Of a DNA stretch of 64,000 bases, positions 12,750 through 27,929 are shown in pieces; position 1 is the first letter of the stretch, and the number at the start of each line of letters is the position of its first letter. The translations under genes were made by a program, and so were the position numbers. The DNA comes from Lingula anatina (taxonomy: Eukaryota; Animalia; Brachiopoda). Where the stretch lies: NCBI GenBank assembly GCA_051362555.1, contig CM120643.1:8804001-8868000 (forward strand), read 5' to 3'. Under the pieces are notes generated by a model. It ran no database searches. It saw nothing but the letters and a program-made list of their open reading frames with translations, and had not been told where the DNA came from.

Positions 12750-15383
12750 CGTAATGCTTAATCAGCAGGAAATATACGTCTGTAATTTAGGGGTATGGCA
12801 GACTGTGTTTTACAGATACGAACAGTACACCATGTGTCGCATGACAGTGTTATATTACTCATGTAAATCAATCAGAACGTACGCAAAACGCATGAGTTTT
12901 TACCTGGTATTTTTATTACGCACTACTGTAACATTTAGACGAGATCGATTTCATCCCGGTGATAAGCATAGTCGGCGATTACAGGCTGGCTGACTGTGTA
13001 GAACTTTACATTGAAGAACAAAGCAATATCCTGGGCATAAGGGCTAAATATTGTAATGTGAGAATATGGATAAGGAATTCTTTGGTTCCAAAACACTGTT
13101 TTTGTCTGTTGTTTTGACATTCAGTTGTCAGGACTGCCGACAATATAAGTGCATTGATCTTTTTTTCCCGTTATTTTGCAAATTATATAACCTTTAACAG
13201 CAAAGACAACCTTTTAGTAAAAATTGTGCAAATGCCATGTGGGATTGGCCACCCAGGATACGGTGTTGCTTTGTTTTTGTATTATGACAAACAACGTAAC
13301 ATTGGGTTGCAGTGAAACATTAATATGCGTTCGTTTTATTTTATATACAGGTCGCTCTGTGATCTGTGTTAATATGTATACATTTTTAGTTCTTGATGTA
13401 TCCCAAATATTTAAAACCATAATCTGAATGATACCTTGATGATCAGAGCATTATATTGTAATTTACGCCTGCATACTGCGAAGCTGCTGATATTTATTAC
13501 GACAAAGACTTTAACTTTCGGTAAATCTACCCTCTGTGAAAAGTACCGAATTCATACAAGTAGCCGCTAAAACAACACCAGAGCCTACAATATTGTTGCG
13601 CAACCTGAAAGATATTTGATGAAATACCTTGCTTCTCTTATTGCATTAGATATTCCAAACCATTTTTCGTAATTGTAGAGCTACCTTCCTGTCATTACTG
13701 CATTGCTTTGCTGGCAATGGTTTTTACAGTATTGCAGCCCATGCTTGCTTCTTTGAAGTTGTTAATTCTGATATTGTGCTCTGATTATCAAACAGGTGCC
13801 TGTCACCTCTGTATTATGTTCACGTTAATATGATATGCATGTCGTCTCTTTCATACCCAATATTGCATGTAACACCTTCGTTTCGGGCATGACTTGCTCT
13901 AACCTGCAGGACTCAGAGGTGAGTATATTTCTACGTACCAGTACTTCAACATTTTCAAACATTTTACGTTGGTTATATCAGTGTATGAAATAACCATTTA
14001 TTATATCAAGTATCTTTACTTATGTAAAGGTCCGAGTTTCGATGACTTTATTACTTGTGCTTACAGTTGTATGTTTAAAAATTTTTCATAGTTTTAGGAT
14101 AATTTTCAGGCACGTGGGCCCACTAGCTGCAGGTTTTTTTCAGCAAAGCTGAAAGCACTCGTGTAAATAGCCCTCCGGCTCCAGTTTCACAAAAATACTT
14201 ACGTCAGTTCCCTGGCTTAGTTGACTAGGATTTCCATCAGGGTGCTGCTACACTGCTCCTGATAGGGTAAGGTGTGCCCATGTGACCATGTAACCTTGGT
14301 AATTAAGTTCTTAGCCAGGGAACCTGACTAAAGTTTTTTTTGTCAAACTGGAACCTGATATTTTGCATTTCAAGTTGATTTTGACCATACAACAATTGCT
14401 GTGGTGAAATATGAAATCTGATGCTATGTGCACAGATTATTCGCTCCAAAATGGACCTCTTCCACAAAATTACCGTTTCAGTACTGAGTAAAATGATAAA
14501 AGCAACTACCCCGTCGTTGAAAATGCAGAGATTATAACTTTATTTTTAATTTTCGTCTGAACAAGTGTTGGACAAATACTGATTAATTTGTACCATAAAA
14601 AAGTGCGTGCGCGTGTCTGTGTGTGAGTGTGAGTATGTCAGTCTGTGTGTGTGTGTGTATGCATCGAAAACTTTCATTTGTTTCTCTGTCATTTTATTAT
14701 TTTTTATTTATTTATCTGAAGTTTAAAACGTCAATTGATTTTTAATGTTGTGCATTTACATCGTTAATTTACAATCGGCCATACTGTATACTTGTCTATA
14801 TTCAATTTTTTAACAGTTTTCTTTTTATGTTAATCAGATTGCTTATTTTATGTTTCATTATTATGTAGGGGATGCCTCTTATTCGATTGGCATTAAAAGG
14901 AACATATATGAAGCGAAGCCCAACATCAGACAAGTGAAGGTGACATTGGTGGCCAGACGTTTGACGTCTGCGCAGTCGGGCAGTGCGCAGCTGATACTGC
15001 TGGTCAACGACCCGCCCGATGGAGGCAACTGCTCCGTGAGTCCCACCGTCGCCGAAGTGTCCACGGCTAAAAACTGGAGGATCGAGTGCCAAGGCTGGAC
15101 AGATGAGGATTTCATAGAGTCTTACAAGTTCTTTGGTAATGGGAACTCTGTACACTGTGCCTCGATCCTGGCAATTGATGTTGTTCTGTGTAGGCCTACT
15201 GTAAATAATCATGTTTTGGACAGTTGCGGTTCATTCTGTTAGTGAATTGATCATATTTGGAAGTCTCGAAGATGGGCTATTTTAAATCTAAATTTTAAGT
15301 AAGTCGCATAAGGGTTGGGTATTAAAAGAGCACTTATTTAAGAACGTTTACCTGACCGAAGCACAGTTCTTAAAAACGATGAC

Positions 15384-15429
<46 letters not shown>

Positions 15430-18400
15430 GTCCTGTCAGTGGCTTATAGACATTATATTAATCTTAAAGGACCCCTGCTTCCAAGACTGTTATCTTTGCT
15501 TTCGATTTCAGCCCTGTTCAATGGGTCAAGCGTTCCGAAGAATCTTGGCTTTAATTCACGCGGAATTCTCGATACATCCATGCCAAAGGGACCCTCTTAC
15601 GACAACTACTGGATGACTATATATACCAATATCACAGATTCGGATGGCAGTACAACGACGTACAAGGTTGGGCGCATACAGGTATGGCGTGTTCACATAC
15701 TGTGTCATTAAAAAAACTTTTTATCTTTAAATACTGTCACTAGACAAACGGATTGATTGACTGGTAGGCCTAATTGCGTTGAGCACGACTGTCTGCTGAA
15801 AAAGTGAAAAAGAAAAAAGAAATGAGCAAAGGTGGTGGGTAATCTGTTGACATAAATGGGCCAATTTCCTCTTCAGGTGAACCCAATGTCGACAACAGAG
15901 GTAGAGTCACTAGTTTCGAACCTCACCGCTAGTGGCAGCACTAATATGATAGCCCAGATTGCAGCCAACGGGAACCTTGAAGACACAACGCAGACTATCC
16001 AATCCTTGGCGTCTGTGCTTAACACCTTGGGCAGTTCTGAAGGTAGAATACTTTATAATGTTGTGTTCAAAGACAATATTGACCCTTTGTTAAAAATGGA
16101 TTCAGTTGTCAAATTGAAACATTTAGGCCCACTTTGAAAAGGAACTTACTCTGAATAAACCTGACTAAATATCTGAATGCAAAACACCAAAAACAAAGCT
16201 GTGCGTAGGCCTATTTTTGTTTTCTGGTTTCCCATTAAAACCCAAAATTGACTTTATCTTTATCCTAGCATTTAATATTCAAATCCTTATTTGAATCTTA
16301 AGTCTTCAACGTTATCCGAGCGATATGTTTAAATGTATCTGATCCATAATGAGATTATGAAAATAATTAAACGCTTTGCTTTTTACTGCATCCTGATTTA
16401 AATGGTGGTTTGGACACATACTGTACCTGAAATACCACTATCCTTCATCACTTATTAAATATGTCTAAAATAATATGATATATTGGAAGAGGGTAGTTGA
16501 ATAGGCGTTTGTTGTGTTTAATTCAATTATTCTTATATTGCCAGGGTTTAATTCCGGATTTGGACCAAGTGAAGCAACCTCGGTAAGAATTTGAAATAAA
16601 AAAGTCATATCGCTCATAACTCATCAGTTTTATTCGTTATTCAGAAGTTAATCGTTAATTTTTTATTCGTAGTCCGCAATAAGCATTTCCAAATGAAATA
16701 TTAATTCAGTAAAATATCCGAAAGAAGTTTTCATCACACAAGATACACAAACCTTGAAATCGAATGTTTCAGACCCAGAATACGTCGTCAGCAGAAAAGG
16801 AAGCACTCCGTGAAGAAGTCGCATTGGTGAGATTGCACGCACACACACGCACACATGCACGCACACATTGCCATCTTGTTAGTAAAATGTATTTGATCAA
16901 GTAATTTAACAATTGGGACATGAAATGAAATGAAACACAATTCTGTTTTTAAAAACTGACTTAGACGTATTTCGAAGTTCATCGAGATTACGTCTGTGTA
17001 CAATATAAACATTCAATTCTTCAGTTCATAAGAGATAAGACCCAAAATTGTTGTTATGACAATACATGAAAACCACACTTAAACATACCTGTTTGAATAA
17101 GGGTAACCAACGGCCAGCAAATAATTTGAATTTTTTGGTAACATTATATGTGTATTTTCCCTTCGATTAATAGCGTCATTTTAGCTAGCATATATGACAA
17201 GACAAAGGATAGATTATTAGAGCTAAGATATCGGCAATCCCAAATTAATGCCATTGCACCCTTTCAGATAAGAACTCAGATGATCGACGCAGTGTCGGAC
17301 AGCGCACCCACCACCCCAAGGCAGGTGCAGCTTCTGGCTAGCTGCCTCACGGAAGTACTGCAGCAACCATCTGAGATAAAACGGGGCAGCCAAGTAAGTA
17401 ATCTAAATATCAGACATAATACTACACTTGTGGAATATGTGTATCCATATAACAAAACGAAAAATACATGATGCTTTAGATACACAAACACGCGCGCACA
17501 CACCCACATTTTTACAAACGTTATGATCATGTTCACCATAGTCGTCCTAAAATGAACTTCCCTTACTGTGTTAAAAAATTCATAGTAACAAAACAGCCCA
17601 AGAGTTTGAACACAGAGGAATACTACACACACTGGACAATAGAAGTGTCACCCCTACTGAACCAATACTTTGGGGGAGATAAATGACCGTGGAATGATAT
17701 GCGCCTGGAATTATTTTATTAACATCAAATTTCACAAAAGAAACGGTTCTGACTGAACAATTCAACTGTATCGATATTCTGACATTGCTTATATTCCGCC
17801 TCTTCAGGTTAATAACTTTGATTACTCTGATTCAGGGGTTTACACTTCTATTGTCCAGTGTGTGTAATTCGATATCTCAGATTCTTATGTATTTTAGGTC
17901 AGAGGCCTATTACTTCCACGAATAAACTCATTATCATCATTATCATCATTAAAAGCGTTAAGATAGTAGTAATATGTATATTAAGTTCATTTCTTCATGT
18001 ACATATTTGCGCCAGTTGCAATGTGGAGACATTTTCTAAAATGGAAGTTGCCATGTTCATTTCAGTCAAAGGTTACTGCCATTGTGAGCGGATTTATCGA
18101 CGTGCTTCAGGCACAAGCTGCTGAACAAACTAAGGAAGAAACTGTAGAACTGGCTACCACCATTTTGAGTAGTGTAGGGGCAACAATCGCGGTAAGTGGA
18201 ATGCTTTTTATGTTTTGTCTTTATCTTTTGCTGTTACCCGCGGTAGTAAATACAACTCTGTTATTACCTTTCATATTATCTATTAACTAATTACCAGTTG
18301 GTTCCCGTGCCGTTTTCTTTCTATTTCTATCTCTATCTCATTCAATCTCTAGCGGCCTTCTCCCGTTTACATTACACGCACCTTTATGAGTATAATAAGA

Positions 18401-20079
18401 GCATGTCAATCAACTCAGTAACTCTACTAAACACTCCCCGGTCCTTAGTCACTCATGACTGTCAATTACTACAGGCCCGTAGCCAGCAAATTCAAAAGGA
18501 GGGTTCTTTTTCTGAAAAAGTGGACCTTTTCCCATAAAACTATATGTACCTAGATCAAATTTTACCCAGAGTGGACCTTTTCCCAGCAAAAGGGGTGGTT
18601 CTTTTGAACCCCCCGAACCCCCCCTGGCTACGGGCCTGTACTATCATCACATTATAATGCATGTTACGTAGATGTATGTAGTGGATAGTAGGATATTTCT
18701 TCTATAAGTCAAAGGGGCATGGTACATGTTGTACACCTTCACAGTGTATTTGTACTTGAAAAGGAACGGTGTCTAGTTGCTGTTTAATCAGCGGAAATAA
18801 TATCAGTTTTAATTCTTATTTGATTTCTAATGAAGATTGATTTGAGTTTTATTTCATTAATCTGTAATAGTACTAGATGCGTTAATTCAGTAGAACTGTG
18901 AAATAGGATCTCTCTATCCCAGGAATTAATTAATTAAACAATTTATCATATTATTATAGGCAACGACGTACGCCTTAAAGAACCCGTTACCATCGGACGT
19001 GCAGGAGTCGATGAATGATATGTACTACGATGCGGACTTAGAAAATACTGAACAAAAAAGTAAATTGCATTAAGATGCTGGGGGTGGGGGGATTTTTAAT
19101 TCTATTTTATTTGTAAAATAGTTACCAAAAAATCGAGATTTCCTAGCTCATAGGTATTATGTTTGGATGAATAAAATCCAAAGATTGTTCGAGAAAATGT
19201 GTGGAAAAGGGTGAAGTGGTCATTTTTGCATGTAAGCAAACGTATTCCGTATTAAAAGAAGTTTTTCCCCACCAGTAAAATGTTTTTGTGCTTTTTTTAA
19301 TAACGAGTAGAGGTTACTGAAACAGATGGTATTCCGTTCCGAGTTATTGCAATATTTGGGATCATCCTCTTTTCAGATGTGGCAGGGCTTTCAAAAGAAG
19401 AAGCGAGAAACCAGTTTGGTCGATACACTAGTGATGAAAGCCAGAAAGAAGTGGTGAGTTATTACACGATTTAACTTAAAAAATACGTTTTGATTGATTT
19501 TTGATGAAAATCCCAGAACAATTGGGTTGGTCCGGTGATATGTATGAAGGTCACTGGTTTAAGAAAGTCATTCTTTAACCGACTCTTTTTAAGTGATTCG
19601 TGACGTGGCTGTTTTGTAATTCCCGCATAGGTAGGCTACTTTACGTGTGTGAGCTAGCGCTCACTCTTGTACTTGTATTTATGTTTTTATTTTCCCAGAA
19701 ATATTTTTAAAAAGATAGGCCCGTAGAATTTGCATATTTCAAAATGGCACATGTAAATGTATAAAGCTCCATATTTGTAATTAAGTGGCAATGTAGGACA
19801 GTGTCAGTTAGTCTGGTGACACTTTACACTGGTTTCCTTATTCCTTTCTACTACTCTGTCAGTGAGTTTGGAAAACTCCCGCATGGGCAGGCTACTCTGC
19901 GTGTGTGTGCTCAAGTTCACTCGTGCTTGCAATTGTGTGCTTACTTTGTCATACATATGAATTTCTGACATTGATAGACCCATGTAATGGACCCAGAATC
20001 TGCATATCCGAAAATGACTTATGTAGGCCTATATGTATAAACCTCCATAAATGTAATTGGAAATGTACCCAAGTATAGC

Positions 20080-20121
<42 letters not shown>

Positions 20122-21324
20122 ATGGTGCCATATTCCCTTCTTCTAGTCTGGCGGTGCTGTCTCCACCCTTATGTCAGGGATAGGCAACGTTTCTGACGTC
20201 CTACTGTCCAAGACCATCCCCGGGGAGCCCTCCCTGGGGGTGGAGACCCCTCAGTTAAAGATGGAACTGGTGAAGGACGACCCCAATAAGATCGACAAGC
20301 TGAAACTTCAGTCGGCCAAGCTGCCCTCCTGGAACAGCATCCGGCCTGCATCCGGGCCGGGATCCGGGGATAGCTTGGTCTCGGTGCAGGTGAGGGCAGT
20401 GCTGATGTATGATGATACTAGTGAAAGGCAATTGTGTTCCCTTTCAGAATTATGGCTTGAACGATGACCTCTTAAACGCTTTTGATAAATTACAAAAAGA
20501 GTTATGATAAAAGATATAAATAAATAAAGAAAGAAAGAAAGAAATATGTACTATTTGTTTTTTTTTTTCGCATAAACCTTTTAAGTAATTGTTTTTAGTT
20601 TTTCTTTATTTTTTGAAAAATATATTGGAATAACTATTGTGAGGTGAATGCATATGTAAACGTCTCCCTTTCAGTTGGTTCAATTTGCATCGAACCCCTT
20701 CGGTTCACTTAAGAACTCCGACAAAGTCGCGAACGGCTCCGAAACCGTATCCCTTGACCTCAAAGACGACAATGGGGCCACAATGGCCATCTCGAACACC
20801 CAACAACCCATCGAGATCTTCATAAACCGCGACACCAGCGGTCAGCTCCCCGCTGCGGACTATATATACCACAGCCCCATGGACCCCGCGGACGGGCTGT
20901 CGTACAGGTCCGCGAATATCACCGACTCCGATGTGGCCATACACTTTGAGATCGTGCCAGAGAGCAACGTGACCTTCCTGGTGCTGGTGAGACACGGAAG
21001 TCCGCCTCAGCTGCAGGACGGGGAGTTTGATTTTTGGCAACTGGTACCGTCCGTCAGACTGGCTGCTGATGGTAAGTGGAGAGGGTAGAAGAGACAAAAA
21101 AGGTGTACCCAGAAAGGGGTGGGGTGGGGTGGTGGTGGCTATGAGAAGGCGTTAAAATATCAAGAAATGCTGTCCAGTGTATCGTGACAGAGAGTCCCCC
21201 CCATGATGGAATCCGCTTCCCATTCATTTTTGCAGGTACAAGTGTGCTGTTTGATAATAAGATTGCATGTAGGCTGTTATTCTCGGCTTCATTGAATTCA
21301 TTGCGACTTAAATTCAAGCAAATT

Positions 21325-21365
<41 letters not shown>

Positions 21366-23223
21366 GAGGCGATAATTTTTTCACGGATGGGTAAAATTTT
21401 CCCTTCTATTTGTCGTGTTTTCGCGATTGGAGGATAGATACAGTGTAGCATACATGATTGCTCCAGTCTCGAAAGAATAACGTTTGGATAAATTGAAAAT
21501 TATATTGCAAAAATGCATACTGGCAAAGCTGGTTTATATACTGTTAACAGGTCAAATTGGTTGTAAAAATTTTCAATCCCTGCAATGTACTGACACATAA
21601 ATGTCATTAATTAATTTTAATTGATTTCCATTAATCATTAATTAAAACAATTTATCAATAATTTTTCTTTCACCGAAGGTACTCCTCTGAACAGCTACGA
21701 AGTCTTCATAGAGAGCGACCAAGTCGGCAACAAGACTGGCAAGTACTATGTGGGCATACGACAACTGGCGGACAATGAGACCGAACTGTATGGCCCACGG
21801 TGGACAAACTTCACCGGGAACTTCACCGAGGCTTTCACCGGTGCCAATAACATCACCACCAACTACACCATGAGAACGTACACATCAGGGTGCTACTTTG
21901 CCACGGTCGGCATGACGGCAGTCAGTACGGAGGGCTGCATTGTGAGTAGAGCACCCTGTGGATCGAACGTTGTTAAAACGAAAGAATGAATGAATGCGCT
22001 TGGACAGTTACACCCTACGTTTTTTTTATCCCTGACAGGTCCTCCTGCCTATATATAAAAGGGTACACCGTAATGAAACGGTATCGACAAGGATATATAC
22101 GTAGAGGAAAGTAATCGGGTCTATTTCAAGAACTTACGTTTTAGGCCGCATTCAGAACAGTGAACTAACTAGTCCGTGGGTTAAATATGGCGACCCACTA
22201 AAAAAACTTGCCGCCTAATCCGCTAAGAGACACTGAATAGATTCCCCGTGGGGAAGTATTCAGGTGGGTCGGCCATATTTGATCCGCAGATACGTTAGTC
22301 CGTTGTTCTGGATGCGCTCTATGGCTGAGACAATTTTTTCAGGTTGGCAACAAGACGACTCACTACTCTACTCAATGTTATTGTACCCATCTGACGTCAT
22401 TCATGGGCGGCTGGGTGGTCCAACCCAACACAATCGACTGGAACTTTGTCTTCTCTGGCGCAGCGGCTTTCGACAGGAATCCAACCCTGTATATAACCGA
22501 GATGTTGATAGCCGTGTTGTATATCATGACAGCTATATGGGCTAGAAGACAGGATAGGAAAGACGTGGAGAAGGTAGGGTTTGTTTTCTTTCAAATATGC
22601 TCTAAAGATGTGCGGGTGTATATGTGTGTTACATAATTTTTCCGATTGTAAACTTGGTTAGTCTCGCAATGATGTTTGCTTTTCAAGCATAAAGCTAATT
22701 TATAGCCTATCCACATAGTGTGAGATGGTATTTTGCTCAATTTTAATTTTATTTCATTTTTCATTTTTTCAAAAATGATTGTACATTGGGATAAAAAATT
22801 GTTTGCCGATGGGGGTCATCCCACTCCGATTTCCGCACTCCACTTGAATGGTTTATAACACACATTCCTCTTTGGCATCGTAACATAAGTTAACATAAGA
22901 TAAACCTTTGAGACGTTTTGACCCTCGCATTATCTTACAAGTAGTATATGTAATGTCTTACAGTTGGGCGTGTCTCCTTTGCCGGACAATGACCCTAATG
23001 ACCACTACCTCTACGAAATGATCGTATTTACTGGGATGAGAAGAAATGCGGGCACCGAATCAAAAGTAAAGAATAATTTTCATATATTTTAGGCTTGTTT
23101 AATGCGTTTTTGTTTTTATATATTTTGAATGTTAATGATGAGAAAACTAAGTAAAAGAATGTACATATGTTGGTAACGTAATCATATATCAACTTAGGGA
23201 AGTAAATTAAACCAAATATACAA

Positions 23224-23266
<43 letters not shown>

Positions 23267-26200
23267 ATTAAATAAAATAAAAATGCCTTTTTCGCCAGGT
23301 AAATTTTATTTTGTCTGGGGAATACGATGAAACGGACGTCAGAACGCTGGCAGACGACAAACGACGCACTTTGATGAGGGGATCGGTCGATCGTTTCTTG
23401 TTAGCCGTCCGGGGGTAGGTCATGTCTCAGTTCACTTCACTTCATTTCACTTTCATTTTGAGTATAAACCATATTAGAAATATTGGTAGGTACGTTCCGT
23501 CATGTGTGAAAAAGGACACTGAGTGAAGGCATTGATAAACCTTAAATATAGATATTAACATTTTTCGACTTTGTAGGTAGTCTGAACCAGTTCAAAGCTT
23601 GATGTGAAAATTTGTCTGTATCTGCCAATTGAATGACTCTCCTTACTGCTTAGTACTTTGCGCTGTTTGATTTGCATCGGACGTTCACGTTGAAAAGCTT
23701 GAAGGCTAACATTAATACCATTTAAAATAATTTTACCTGTATCTAGACCTTTGGGCGACCTGAACTACCTTCGCATCTGGCACGACAACTCTGGCAAGGG
23801 CCACTTCGCCTCTTGGTACCTTAAATACCTCCTGGTGCAGGACCTGCAGACCAAGGAGAAGTACCACTTCATCTGCAACCGATGGTTTGCCGTGGAGGAA
23901 GACGACGGACAGGTACATGGTGGTCAACTTTTTTGTGTGTGTGGTCTGGCAAAATTGAAATGTTAATCCGTCCGGTCCGAGCATGTTCCAGTTTCTTTCT
24001 GATTGCCTAGGTAGGATTTGCTTGACTCGTTCACCTCTGAGGCAATTTGTAGTTTGTAGTACTCAGTGTTACGGGTATGATCCACTGTCTACATGTGACG
24101 AGTAATGTTCACCTCCATTGATCGCGCGATAAAATCCCTTTTACACTGGACGGCGTCCTTTCTACGTCCTTTCTGCGACCATGAAACTTGCATCGCTGTG
24201 GCCCTAGAAAGGAGGCACAAGAATTGCGTTGGTTGCAGAATGAATGGTCAACGATTGGCCAGTTGTAGGCACGTTAAGTATTTTTTGAACTCTGAAACGG
24301 GGCCGTACTATGGGACGCAGAAAGGACGCCGTCCAATGTAAAGGAACTTAAGTTAAGGAGGGTTTTATTGTTTTTACTTTGGTTTACTCGTCCGTTTTAG
24401 GTTGACCGTCTTCTCCCTGTAGCAGGCCGCGAGCAGATGGTCGAGTTTGGCCACCTCTTCACGAAGACCACCCAGAAGAACCTTGGTGACGGGCACCTGT
24501 GGTTCTCCGTGGTTGCTCGCCCTCCTCGGAGTCGTTTCACGCGTCTCCAGCGAGTGACCTGCTGCCTTTGCCTGCTCTATATGACCATGCTGACCAGTGC
24601 TATGTTTTATGAGACGGTGCCGGAGTCGCCAGGGTCGAACGCAATCACATTTGGGCCTTTCAGTTTATCACCGGAACAGGTAAAAGAAAACTAATGAGCC
24701 GTACGTGATTGACATTACGAAAAATAAATAAACAAATAAATAGATTAATTAATTAATAAAAATAAATAAATAAAACAAGCAAGTGGGTATAAGCAGTGGC
24801 TCTGTCGGACAGTTTTGCAGTCAGCGGATGGTAAATTGAATTATTGTAGGCATTTATTTCGAAAAAAACGAAAGAAAAAGAATAATTATTTTATAAAGTG
24901 GGTTCTTCCATTCTAGATCTACGTGGGTGTGATCGGAACCATCATCGTGTTTCCCGTCAACCTCCTGATCGTCACATTCTTCCGCAAAGCGAAACCAAGG
25001 AAGAAGCGCCCGTCCCGCATCCAGGCTGCCATGCAGAGAAACATCCTAACACAGAGCACCTCCACCCTCGGCGGAGCGCTGAAAACGCCAGACCCGTTGT
25101 CCCACAGGGATATCGTGCTTGAAAAGAACGAGAGGGTCGGGGAAAATATGAGCATGTATAACCAGAGCCGCTCGGCGACGACCGTCTCAATTCAGTTGCC
25201 GTCTACTACCCCTGCTTCGCTCACTAAAGCCTATGACAAAGGACACCAAAGCTTATCTAATATCAGCATCCCCGAGGCTTTCGAGTACAAAGAGGATGCT
25301 GGGAAGGGGAAGAGAAAGAAGAAAAAGAAGCCGCTGGAACTTCCGTGGTGGTTCACCATCGTGGCTTGGATACTGATGTGGATTTTGATCCTTGGTTCGG
25401 CATTTCTGGTGACTATGTACGGGATAACATTCCAGGAGACGAAAGCGCAGAAGTGGATCACGTCTATGATCATTTCCTTCCTGACGTCAATCTTCCTCAC
25501 TGAACCAGTCAAGGTGAGAAAGGCAGTTAGTCAGTCCTTCGTTCAGTCACTGACTGAGTCTTCCAGTCATCTCGCTAGTCAATTAGTCATATTTTTGTAC
25601 GGTGAATTAATCTTATCTCTTCATACTATTAAGTGTAAAAATGTATTCTAAGGTTAATTATTATTACTTGTAAATAAATAAAAGCATCTATTGATTTTTT
25701 TTTTTAATCAGAGCTAATGATTTAAAGAATATACGGCTTAATTGGGGAAAGGCATTTTGTCGATATCTTATTTTTATCGAAATATTCCCAGGTTTTCTTG
25801 CTGGCCATTTTCTTCTCGCTGATAATCAAGAAGGTCGATGAGGATGAGGACGAGGAGGAGGGAGAGGCAGACGAAGAAGAACCTCAGTTACAAACTGATG
25901 AAATGTGGCTTCATCCACCAGAAAGTGAGAACTCATTGTGAAACATTAAGTCATTGTTTTTGCCTTAAAGTTACGTTATATTTAAGTTAAAATATAAGTT
26001 ATAAGTTAGGGATATTTAAGTTGAGACTTTATAAATGGTATGTTCCTTTGAGTTTTTGTTCTGTGCTTTAATTTGACGCCTTGCTGTGGCAGTCCGTTAT
26101 AAATAATGCAAATGAAATGCGTCATACGAATGTTTGACTCTAGAAATAAAGAAAAAAAACACAACTCTTCACTGACAACGAGATCTATGCAAAGTACATT

Positions 26201-27139
26201 GCTGAATAGATTACATCACTATATATTGTAAAATACAAATTTTTTTACTGATAACACGGCTTCAGAAGATGAGAAGGTCATTATTTTTTTCAAAATGCTC
26301 TCCATACATTTTAACAGCTTATGGCGCAGCCAAGCCCAGGAAGATCGCCTACAAGCCTCCCAACCCCGCCGCACTGGAGGAGGCGAGGGAGAAACGCATT
26401 AAAGAGCTTAAGATGTACGATATCCTGCGAGAGATCATATTTTACTGTTTGTTCCTCTGGCTGCTGATGGTGATAAGTTACGGTAATAGGGACCCTTACG
26501 GCTTCCTGCTTAAAAGACACATGGACGATCTTTTTGTATTCAAAGGAAGCATTACCATGGACTTCACTAAGGTATGACGTCATTTTTCACTTTTCTTTTT
26601 CGGCGCCTACAAATGTAGCCGCAGACGTAAAGTTTTAGAAATATCATCACTGGATACTTATCATCACGCATTTAAGGACACGTTAACGAGCTGTGAGTTC
26701 CATGGGTGAGAAAATGATTCTCAATAGATAAATGAGAATTGGAGAAATATCCAAAATTGGAGAAATATCCAAACGAAAATACATCCAGATAGCTCCACCA
26801 TCACCATTTTTTTTACTGAATTAAATGTTTTTTGTGTTAAAAATAAAATTCTGCACGAGTGAGAATTCAGTTGTAAAAACCAGGATCATTTAAAATGGTA
26901 CGGATATCTTTTGTAACGCTGTGTTACATGTATGAATGGATGAAACTACATAAATGGGATAGATGACCCCAATTCTAAATCAACAACCTTGCCTTCATTG
27001 TAATAATAACATGTATTATGCACTGGAGGTTGATCACACAAACGTGGATGAAAATAAAGATTCTTAAAATGGACAGAACGGTCATTTATCAACACTGCTT
27101 AAAGAATCCTAAATAACAGGTAAAATAGGAAGCGAGAGA

Positions 27140-27181
<42 letters not shown>

Positions 27182-27892
27182 TCAGTTGCAAAACTCGACT
27201 CACTTCTGGCACTGGTATAAAGAGGGCTTGGTGCCCGGATTGAGGGCCTCTATCTGGTACAACAACGACCCGCCATTGGGTCAGCGCGGTTTCCTAGGCG
27301 ACAGGACGTGTAGGATGATGGGATATGCCACCATGAGGCAGGTCAGAGTGAAGCCAGGTGAGACAGGCGTGGCTAATTACAAAACTTTACGAAACTAAAA
27401 CTGGGGTAATTATTACCTGTTCACCTTCACCTGAACATGTTATTCAGTTGCGAATAAGTCTGTCAGAGTGAACAGACGAAACGGTCAACAGGTAAATCAT
27501 ATATATATATGGATCAATCTGAAATAGTAACTTTCTGACTATCAAAACTGAGATCCAATGAGACTATTTTTCACATTTTAAATTGAACTGTCTAAATCCT
27601 TTGTAATAAGACTGCATTCGGGATAACGCCTTTAATCATCTCCAGACCTGTTCAACTATCTTGAATCTTCGAAAACAAAGGATAATAAGTAATAACGGGG
27701 TCTACTGTACGATATTGAATGATAATTTTAAATGGAATCACGTAAATAGAGGACGAATAATTGTTTGTGATTGGCCGCAAAACTGGTGCTATGCTTTTTT
27801 CAGTTCTCTGCTCTGAAAGATTTCTGTGCTGTTACGAAAAATAGTTTCTGAAAACGAAATGCTTTTCTCTCTAGGGTGGCCCGAGATTTACA

Positions 27893-27929
<37 letters not shown>

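Noticed and set aside
12670-12993. ORFs containing YIYIYI, IIIII, KKKKK or GGGG runs
   Set aside because: Translations of microsatellites and homopolymers.
19620-19940. ~70-bp repeat TCCCGCAT.GG.AGGCTACT... twice in a polycystin intron
   Set aside because: No splice signals or RNA-gene structure; likely a small intronic duplication.
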